Counted from the stretch's first letter, positions 11,079 through 19,880 are shown. The stretch: DNA of 64,000 nt from Lepidodermella squamata (GCA_047495785.1 JBLDXI010000020.1:1-64000); one strand, 5' to 3'. A program made the numbers and translations. The notes: generated by a model from the letters alone, not told the origin.

Positions 11079-11242
11079 CTTACTGCACAGGTGCTATCGC
11101 TACCGTTGTTAAGAAGTAGCGCCTAACTCGATCTTACTGCACAGGTGCGGTCGTTATCGCTGTTAAGATGCTGCGCCTAACTCGATCTTACTGCACAGGT
11201 GCCATCGTTATCGTTGTCAAGAAGTTGCGCCTAACTCGATCT
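11079..11242 (+). repeat. Three tandem 54-bp repeats, each containing CACAGGTG
   Basis: CTTACTGCACAGGTG...GCGCCTAACTCGAT x3, upstream of TATATA (11276) and the hammerhead at 11306. Confidence 0.85.
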
Positions 11243-11305
11243 CACCTGGGACCGGGCGGCGCAGCTTCCCTCATTTATATACGGTGAAAAAGTTGTTATT
11301 TTATC

Positions 11306-11341
11306 ATTGTCTCTGAAGAAACCTGAAACTAGTCAGACAAT
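11306..11341 (+). ncRNA. Minimal type-I hammerhead ribozyme
   Basis: AUUGUCU-CUGAAGA-A(ACC)U-GAAA-CUAG-UC-AGACAAU; palindromic ACUAGU stem III; ATG follows at 11354. Confidence 0.85.
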
Positions 11342-11353
11342 AAAACTTTTAAA

Positions 11354-12420
11354 ATGAATCACCGTAATCGTTATGTTACCGACAACTACGAAGGCTTTAC
11401 ATCGGCCAACTACGAACCAGCAAGGCGGTCTAACACAGGCCACTTTCGCTACAACTTCGTCAACTCGGCGGTAGCCGGTCGTTTAGCGCATCAGCGCCGA
11501 CCAGTTCAACGCCAGGAAGACAGTGTCAACTCGGCGGCAGCCGGTCGTTTAGCGCATCAGCGCCGACCAGTTCAACGCCAGGAAGACCGCGTCAACTCGG
11601 CGGAAGCCGGTCGTTTAGCGCATCAGCGCCGACCAGTTCAACGCCGGGAAGACCAAGTTCGCCATCGTCCCGAGCCCGAGCAACGCGCTCAAGCTCAACG
11701 CCACAACGGTCATGGCCGCCTTCGTCCCGAGCCAAGGCAGCGCTCTCCGCCTAGACAACAGTCGAGGCAAGCCCAGCCCGCTCAGACCAAGCCGGTCGAC
11801 CGTCAGCAACGCGACGCCAAGTATCGTCGGCTCATCCTCGAGCGATACTCAGAGAAGCTTGAATCCTTTATTAATCATTTTGTCATTCGAGCTCGTATTA
11901 GCACGGCCACCAACTGCGGTGGTCACACAGCACATGAAAATAATTTAGTTAAAAATATGTGCAAATTGTTTCCCTCAGATTCGCTCAACGCCGACGTCGT
12001 ACAAGTCCGGGACCAGTGGGTCAACAAGGCCATCAGCGAACTCCGTACTCGTTCGGGGTACGCTCGCTCCGTAGCCGCCCACGCCGTGTACGACGACGCG
12101 TCAGATGCGTTCAGGGGCTGTGCCAACCCCGCCGAAACAGCCGACTACGCCGCCCGCGCGTTCAACAAGGCGTGTCGTCAAGGCAGCACCGTGCAAGCAA
12201 TCCGTCAGATGCGCAATGTCAACTTGGGCGTGTCGAGGGAGAACTAGTCACCGCATGGAAAGCTGCGCTGTTCGCCATGAACGGCAAAAACCTGCGAGAC
12301 AACATTGTCTGCGGGTGGCAAGTTTTGCTTGAACAGCTAGCTCAATTTGATGAACCGAAGGACCGTAGTAACCCTACTAACCCTAACCCTAACCCTAACC
12401 CTAACCCTAACCCTAACCCT
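11354..12420 (+). CDS. Accessory ORF paralogous to ORF 9501, with three 22-aa repeats; frameshift/stop near 12245
   Basis: GAGAACTAGTC here vs GAGAACTTTGTC in the copy near 16711. The intact frame continues ...LRDNIVCGWQ...DRSNPTNPNP into telomeric repeats. Confidence 0.7.
12369..12420 (+). repeat. (TAACCC)n telomeric tract
   Basis: Direct reading. Confidence 0.97.
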
Positions 12421-12728
12421 TAGTTTTGGTTCAACTAAAGTGTGGTTCTACACTAATTGTTAACCTCAATCTTATGGTTCGGGTTCAATTAAGGCTTTTG
12501 TCTGGATGGAACTTTAAGTTATGGTTCCACGCACGACTTACGTTCAACCTTTATTTCAATTGATCATTGAAATCGGTTTAGCCCATCACCTTACTCTGCT
12601 GCTAATCCACAGATTAAAAAGTGGTTTACTCTCCTCTCACCGTTGCTAGAGTGAAATAGATCGCTAGAGCTTTTATGCCGGGGTTGCTTAGGCTTCCCGT
12701 CTGGTAATTAACCTAACCCAACCCTAAC
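12420..12728 (+). repeat. Direct repeat of 15633-15941 (pLTR-like 3' segment)
   Basis: Near-identical, offset 3213. Confidence 0.93.
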
Positions 12729-13666
12729 ACTGGCTCGTGTCGTGAGTACGGCGACCCCCTAACCCTTAGACGGCCTCTTAACATACACTTTGATGGAACT
12801 TTTCTCCATCAAAACTTATTCAGGCTCAACCTGCTAGGATGACATGGAGCCTTCTTCGGGCTATAATTACCCTGCTTTTATGCTGAGGGAAAAGGGCTAA
12901 GCAATATGACTAAACAAGCTACTGTGGGACAGTCATCAATTAACCGATTGACTCCACATTTGGATTAGTAGTGAGCTATGTCAGTACCGCATCTATGGTT
13001 TGTTGGTATCGTAATCCCGGGAACAACGATTAGTGCGGTCATTAGACTCACTACACTCATGAACGATCAATTGACTGTGCGTGCACAGGCAATGACGACC
13101 GATTGGAATCATTCTATGATCCACTAATGCTTAGACTTTCCCACAACAGACAGTAAAAAGTTGATATAAGTTTGTTGTAACTAGGGTAGAGATTATCAAA
13201 CTGTCATCTATGTTGTATGTAGAGAGTTCGAGGATGAAATATCTTATCCAGCGACAGGAGTAAGAAACCTCGATTCAAAGGAACACGATGGACAACAACA
13301 TATCGGATGTCTCGGACTACTAAACGAGATGATCTCAATAGAGACCAATAGACAATGACGCATGTTGTGTATTTAGAAACCATGGCCAGAGAACAGTGAA
13401 CTTTAACAGTTAACACTAAAGCTGCAAATACACTGAGTAGTGAACCTTAACTCTTAGCCTGTAGCCTGCGGCTAATTAATTTTAAAGCATGTCAACTCTT
13501 GGAAATAGGCCAAGTTCAAGCAAAATATTACGAAAATTATATCAAATCTTGAAAGAATTTTCGCGCCAGAACCCACATGGCACTAACATTTAAAGAACGT
13601 AAGAGAACGCGGTTTGTAAGGCCGTGCTTTGGAGAAATTCTGTCATTCGAGTGGATTTTGTTTTGA

Positions 13667-13732
13667 GCAACTAAAGTCACTGATGAGCCTGCTGCCCACA
13701 GGCGAAACCGGTCTGACTATTCTGGGCGTTGC
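13667..13732 (+). ncRNA. Type-I hammerhead ribozyme HHR3
   Basis: AGUCA-CUGAUGA-GCCUG(CUGCCCA)CAGGC-GAAA-CCGG-UC-UGACU; distal GCAAC/GUUGC. Confidence 0.92.
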
Positions 13733-13764
13733 GTATTTTCCATCGTCTACTTGTGATATCCTGG

Positions 13765-13980
13765 GCCATCCTTCCATGGGTGGTGCTTTTCCTTGTTGCT
13801 CCCCTCAATGGGTGGCTTGTACTCATTGTGCTCCCCTATACGGGTGGCATTTCATGTTTGCTCCCCTGCACGGGTGGCTTGAATCCATCGATGCTCCCCT
13901 TTATGGGTGGCCTGAATTTGAATCCATTGGTGCTCCCCTTTACGGGTGGCTTGAAACCTTTGGTGCCTTCCTTCGCGGGT
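13765..13980 (+). repeat. Array of about 7 GCTCCCC-N5-GGGTGGC units (paralog of 6956-7189)
   Basis: Direct reading; linkers differ from those of array 1. Confidence 0.88.
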
Positions 13981-14111
13981 GAATTGCCATCCCGCTATAC
14001 TCCTCGAGTAATGGAACTAGACGTGGTTCCTAGCATGCCTAAAACCTTAACTTTCATGTTTTGGTTCAAGTAAGGTTTCCTTCTCTAAGGAACCTTAGGT
14101 TATGGTTCTAC

Positions 14112-15290
14112 ATTTTATTTTATTTATTTATTTATTTTATACCGGCTTGCAATCAATCTCAAGGATTATTAGCAATCAAAGGCGCCTCACTGTAGATATC
14201 AAAAACTTCGTATTATCCAAGTTATCAACAAACAATTTAAAATTAGCTAAAGAGCCATTAACAATGTCTAAAGGCAGCTTGTTCCATAATATTACATACC
14301 TTCTAAGAAAAGAGAACTTAAAGCAGTCTCTGTGGCACATAGGCAATGAGAGCCTGTGCGTGTCAGCATATTTGTTGCTGGATTTGTTAAAAAATAAACC
14401 AAAATCAACATCAACAAAACCACGATATAATTTAAACATTAGTATCAAGTCACGTTGACAACGTCTATTTTCGAGAGTTTTCATGCTAAACATTTGGAGT
14501 AGGACTTTGTAGTCAGTCACCCTGTAACCTGTCATCCTTTTCAGGAAATTATGCAGAACTGATTCGAGCCGACTGATTACTGTTAGCAGATATGGAGAAT
14601 ACACAGTGGAAGCATAGTCGAGGTGTGGCATTACATAGACATTAAAAGCCTTAAGTCGTAGACTATTCGATTTGAAAGTTCGCAAAATGAATCCCGAAAT
14701 CCTGTTGCACTTGGCAATAATTTTAGAGCAGTGCGATTTAAAATTTAGATTCTCGTCTACCTCAATTCCGAGGTCTCGGATCGATTTAACAAACTCGATC
14801 TCGTGACCATTTATTGAGTACTTGAAATTAGCAACTTCAGCAGATTTCTTGCCGTTGAGGCGGAGAACAAAACATTTTTGGCTATTAATGTTAAGCCCAT
14901 TGTCGGCAAACCATTCGATGATATTGTTCAAATCAGCTTGAAGACTGTGACAATCTTCCACACAAGATATCTTATTATAGATCTTAGTGTCGTCGGCGAA
15001 GTACTTAGTTAAAGAAGTCCTTATACAGTCATCAGTGAATAGCAAGTACACAACGAACAGCAAGGGTCCAAGGACGGAGCCCTGTGGCACTCCAGATGGA
15101 ATATCAAATTTGCTAGATACCGAGTTGTTTATCAGAACTTTAAAACTCCTGCCGTATAGGTAACTTTTCAGCCAGTTAATGAGATTACCACACACATTAA
15201 TCTCTTCAAGCTTGCTAATTAATATATGAATAGGTACGGAGTCTACAAGCTTGCTAATTAATATATGAATAGGTACGGAGTCAAAAACTG
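14112..15290 (-). mobile_element. 5'-truncated non-LTR retrotransposon (CR1/L2/Jockey-type RT, ORF 14176-15195) inserted in the telomeric element
   Basis: SGVPQGSVLGPLLF, YFADDTKIY, DLGI motifs; (TAAA)n tail at 14112-14138; about 38-bp tandem duplication at the 5' junction (about 15208-15282). Confidence 0.88.
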
Positions 15291-15376
15291 GGATAAAAGG
15301 GATGAGTTACGTAGATCAGCTGCGGGAAGAGCCAACTCAGATCGACGAGGGCGGCATATACGATAAACATCAATAC

Positions 15377-15745
15377 ATACATTGTTGACCTCAACTTTAT
15401 AGTTGTGGTTCAATTAAGGTTGCCTTCTCTAAGGAACCTTAAGACATGGTTCTACTTACATTGCTGACCTCAACTTTATAGTTGTGGTTCAATTAAGGTC
15501 TCACTCTCTATGGAACCTTAAGTTGTGTTCTACACACTTTGTTAACCTTAACCTTATGGTTTTGGTTCAATTAAGGTCTCCGTCTGGATGGAACCTTAAG
15601 TTGTAGTTCTACACACATTGTTGACCTCAACTTTAGTTTTGGTTCAACTAAAGTGTGGTTCTACACTAATTGTTAACCTCAATCTTATGGTTCGGGTTCA
15701 ATTAAGGCTTTTGTCTGGATGGAACTTTAAGTTATGGTTCCACGC
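15377..15745 (+). repeat. Degenerate ~80-bp tandem repeats rich in AACCTTAA/TTAAGGTT
   Basis: Recurring GTTGACCTCAACTT...GGTTCAATTAAGGT...GGAACCTTAAG. The same array begins at about 14043, before the LINE insertion. Confidence 0.8.
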
Positions 15746-15921
15746 ACGACTTACGTTCAACCTTTATTTCAATTGATCATTGAAATCGGTTTAGCCCATC
15801 ACCTTACTCTGCTGCTAATCCACAGATTAAAAAGTGGTTTACTCTCCTCTCACCGTTGCTAGAGTGAAAGGGATCGCTAGAGCTTTTATGCCGGGGTTGC
15901 TTAGGCTTCCCGTCTGGTAAT

Positions 15922-16009
15922 TAACCTAACCCAACCCTAACCCTAACCCTAACCCTAACCCTAACCCTAACCCTAACCCTAACCCTAACCCTAACCCTAA
16001 CCCTAACCC
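15922..16009 (+). repeat. (TAACCC)n telomeric tract capping the next 5'-truncated unit
   Basis: Direct reading. Confidence 0.97.
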
Positions 16010-16896
16010 CAGCCGGTCGTTTAGCGCATCAGCGCCGACCAGTTCAACGCCAGGAAGACCGCGTCAACTCGGCGGAAGCCGGTCGTTTAGCGCATCAGCG
16101 CCGACCAGTTCAACGCCGGGAAGACCAAGTTCGCCATCGTCCCGAGCCCGAGCAACGCGCTCAAGCTCAACGCCACAACGGTCATGGCCGCCTTCGTCCC
16201 GAGCCAAGGCAGCGCTCTCCGCCTAGACAACAGTCGAGGCATGCCCAGCCCGCTCAGACCAAGCCGGTCGACCGTCAGCAACGCGACGCCAAGTATCGTC
16301 GGCTCATCCTCGAGCGATACTCAGAGAAGCTTGAATCCTTTATTAATCATTTTGTCATTCGAGCTCGTATTAGCACGGCCACCAACTGCGGTGGTCACAC
16401 AGCACATGAAAATAATTTAGTTAAAAATATGTGCAAATTGTTTCCCTCAGATTCGCTCAACGCCGACGTCGTACAAGTCCGGGACCAGTGGGTCAACAAG
16501 GCCATCAGCGAACTCCGTACTCGTTCGGGGTACGCTCGCTCCGTAGCCGCCCACGCCGTGTACGACGACGCGTCAGATGCGTTCAGGGGCTGTGCCAACC
16601 CCGCCGAAACAGCCGACTACGCCGCCCGCGCGTTCAACAAGGCGTGTCGTCAAGGCAGCACCGTGCAAGCAATCCGTCAGATGCGCAATGTCAACTTGGG
16701 CGTGTCGAGGGAGAACTTTGTCACCGCATGGAAAGCTGCGCTGTTCGCCATGAACGGCAAAAACCTGCGAGACAACATTGTCTGCGGGTGGCAAGTTTTG
16801 CTTGAACAGCTAGCTCAATTTGATGAACCGAAGGACCGTAGTAACCCTACTAACCCTAACCCTAACCCTAACCCTAACCCTAACCCTGAGGTTTGA
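16010..16896 (+). pseudogene. 5'-truncated, telomere-capped copy of ORF 11354 (intact 3' frame)
   Basis: Near-identical to 11538-12420 (offset 4472); begins abruptly after telomeric repeats and ends in tract 16842-16887. Confidence 0.88.
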
Positions 16897-16957
16897 AGTC
16901 ACTGATGAGCTACCTTAGCCAAGTAGCGAAACCGGTCTGACAAATTAGGCTAACCTC
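16888..16957 (+). ncRNA. Type-I hammerhead ribozyme HHR4
   Basis: GUCA-CUGAUGA-GCUAC(CUUAGCCAA)GUAGC-GAAA-CCGG-UC-UGAC; distal GAGGUU/AACCUC. Confidence 0.92.
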
Positions 16958-17261
16958 TTCATTTCTTGCTTCAAGTATCCATGTTGTATCATAATACTTT
17001 GCAGTCTTCCCATTGTCGTAATCTCTGCGGAGAGTTACGCTCAAAAACATTTCCTCTACGCAGCCTCTACGGAGTGTAGCGATCAGAACAGAGTATTTTA
17101 CGCAGCCTCTACGGAGTGTAGCGTATTTACGAATGGTCAGTATGCGTTAAACATACTAGTACCCATATAACCTTCAAGTTGTTCCCAAGTCGTTGGGTTA
17201 CAGGATTAGGACTCTTTGCCGGGGTTCTTTCATAAGAAACCTGTCTGGTATTCACATTGAT

Positions 17262-17292
17262 CTAACCCTAACCCTAACCCTAACCCCAACCC
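17262..17292 (+). repeat. (TAACCC)n telomeric tract
   Basis: Direct reading, preceded by a type-A stem-loop at 17217-17250. Confidence 0.93.
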
Positions 17293-17725
17293 ACACAAGG
17301 TAGAGACCCCGATCTCTAACCTCGACTCCTGAAGAGTAATGGTAGGGCCCGGCTTGTTTTCCTTCTGGAAAACCCCGGTTTGCAGCTTCGTCTGTAGTCA
17401 CACACCACTCAAAAAACCCTAACATATCTTGCCCGTTCGGTCCAATGGATCACCGTGAAATTTGGGAGTTGAGACAGAGATCTCGATATAAATAAGTGTC
17501 ATCCCATGGAAATGAAAACTCAATAATTCTTTGGATCTTCAGGCATTTCTCGATTAATCGCATGGAAATAGTGTTATCGAGTCCGCTTAACGCGAATATG
17601 TGTACGGCCAATGGCGAAGGCTCCAGATCGATCCAAAATGACCTAGTTCCAAGATGTGTCCCAAGATGACGCACTGAGAACAAAACACTGCTTTACAGGA
17701 ATTGAAATCTCGCTTGTTATGTTGC

Positions 17726-17955
17726 TGGGCTCTTTGATTTTTCGAATTGCCAAAATAGTGCTTAACAGGCTATTGATTTTTTGTGATACCGGTTCATGAT
17801 TTTTGAAAAACTTTCATGAGGGCTATGTTCTACACTAAGGTGTGGTGCCCGTAACAGATTGCAATCAATAATTGAAAATTATTGTGAATTTACCTGATTT
17901 TAAATAAAAAGGTATCGATCGAATGGCCAACGTGGTCTGAACCTCACAAAATAAT
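17726..17955 (+). repeat. ~230-bp direct repeat (second copy 18968-19197) flanking the zinc-finger gene
   Basis: Near-identical, offset 1242. Confidence 0.92.
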
Positions 17956-18045
17956 CTCGGACTGAAGTGACCTTGTCGGTTAATAACTCAATCATGCTGG
18001 ATAGGAAGTTGTCAATATTATTCATGGAATTCATGAATAATAATA

Positions 18046-18797
18046 ATGAGCCGCATAAATCTTTTCCAAGATTATCTAATTGACCGTATTTTTAATACAG
18101 ATCAACAAGATGAAAGTGCTAATTTGGCATCAGAGGATCTCTCTGATATCGAAATCGATGACAGAACTCACGAAGAATTCGTAAGAGATGAAATAGCACA
18201 ACACGAAAGCATGAATAGGTCAACAGACTCGTATAAAACCATATCGGGCCATCAATCAACGGATCTTGGTATTTCATCTGGTAACCCAGAAAGCCTTCAA
18301 TCGTCTGAACATAACGAAACATTGTCATGTACTAACGTGACTAACCCCCGTAAAAGGAATTTGGAATCAGAGGATAATAGCATCAACCCGAAGGTTGGTA
18401 AATTTGAGTTTCAAAACCTATAATACCGTTGACGAATTCTGACGAAAGAATCAAACTAACTTCAACACCTATTGCACCACAACTTTCAGAACAGCAACGT
18501 TGGAACATAGGAAAGAAGATTCGGCGTACGAGGAACGTGGAGGATTGGTGGAAGGCACAAATTAACGAAGTTTTCGGGAAGCCCAGCAAGCAAAATTTTG
18601 TTTGCTCTATCCAAGGCTGCAAATATAAATCGCCAAGATTGGATGGGATGCTAAAGCACTTCAAAGACAGGCATCATGAGAAACACAAAGATGCAGAGGC
18701 AGTGGCTGCCAAATTTTTCCGTTATTTCAAACTGAAAAAGTTCGGATTCATCAATGTGGAGGAAATATTGGCACGACACTCTGTTGTCGTAAAATAA
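18046..18797 (+). CDS. Second acidic plus C2H2 zinc-finger accessory gene (probable intron 18398-18489)
   Basis: FVCSIQGCKYKSPRLDGMLKHFKDRH aligns with the finger of the 4905-6120 gene. A phase-1 GTAAAT...TTTCAG intron joins the two ORFs in frame. Confidence 0.62.
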
Positions 18798-19454
18798 CAG
18801 CGACTTGGATTCTTCAAACCAAGTATGTACGAAAAGTACGAACAGTGTTATGAATGTATAAGGATTATGTAATTTGAACGAACATACTTAGGTTACGTCT
18901 TACCGATGCAAAAATACGTTCAAGGAACGATGTCAAGCTAAATATAAATGTGGTCATATCATTCAGTTGGGCTCTTTGATTTTTCGAATTGCCAAAATAG
19001 TGCTTAACAGGCTATTGATTTTTTGTGATACCGGTTCATGATTTTTGAAAAACTTTCATGAGGGCTATGTTCTACACTAAGGTGTGGTGCCCGTAACAGA
19101 TTGCAATCAATAATTGAAAATTATTGTGAATTTACCTGATTTTAAATAAGAAGGTATCGATCGAATGGCCAACGTGGTCTGATTTTCACAAAATAATATC
19201 ACACTCATTTGACCTTGACATTTATTATGCTCATCCGGACATCATTTAGGCCGTGTAATGTTTTCCTAATCCGTCTAATCCGTGGTCGGACACGTTCATA
19301 AAATGAGGGCGAGCAGCTGTTGCAAAAGAAGCTGCGCCTCGAATAACACTACGCTGCGCTACGAAATGCTCCATATGGCAGACACCACGCCGCCTTTGAC
19401 GCAATGCTTGGTATTTAAATGAATCGTTATTGAAAAACAAAGTCATTCTACTAA

Positions 19455-19519
19455 GAGGTTAAAGTTACTGATGAGCTACACTAGCCAAGTAGCGAAACCG
19501 GTCTGACGATGGCTACCTC
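19455..19519 (+). ncRNA. Type-I hammerhead ribozyme HHR5
   Basis: GUUA-CUGAUGA-GCUAC(ACUAGCCAA)GUAGC-GAAA-CCGG-UC-UGAC; distal GAGGU/ACCUC. Confidence 0.9.
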
Positions 19520-19764
19520 AACTCGAGTAGAATCTATGCTTTAAAGTTATAAAGCATATTATTAACCTTACCGTTAATTTTATTGGATTAAATATCCATT
19601 TCATACAAAACATGTGCTTACCCACATGATAAGAATTCAGAATTTTCGGATTCTCTATTCTAGTCCGTCGTGACTTATTCGGTATAGACCCAGTACTATC
19701 CGATCTACAACATTTCACCACTGATTCGACATTCTCTTGATCGGTTCTTGCGGAAATAGTGGTT

Positions 19765-19815
19765 GGGCCCGGCCAATTCGCTACGTACGAATTCCCGGTT
19801 TACAGCTCGTCTGTA
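19765..19815 (+). other. Conserved 3'-terminal double stem-loop (type B); paralog at 17345-17396
   Basis: GGGCCCGGC-[hairpin]-CCCGGTT-TRCAG-loop-CTGTA in both copies, each followed by AAAAACCCTAAC. Confidence 0.7.
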
Positions 19816-19831
19816 TTAAATCTAAAGAAAA

Positions 19832-19880
19832 AACCCTAACCCTAACCCTAACCCTAACCCTAACCCTAACCCTAACCCTA
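19832..19880 (+). repeat. Innermost (TAACCC)n tract; boundary with single-copy DNA
   Basis: Direct reading. Confidence 0.97.

Larger units (their letters stand above)
4197..19880 (+). mobile_element. Telomere-associated chain of endonuclease-deficient Penelope-like (Athena/Terminon-like) retroelement units
   Basis: PLE-type RT without GIY-YIG, co-oriented accessory ORFs, type-I hammerheads, and C-strand telomeric tracts between 5'-truncated units. The last tract (19832-19880) abuts single-copy genes. Confidence 0.85.
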
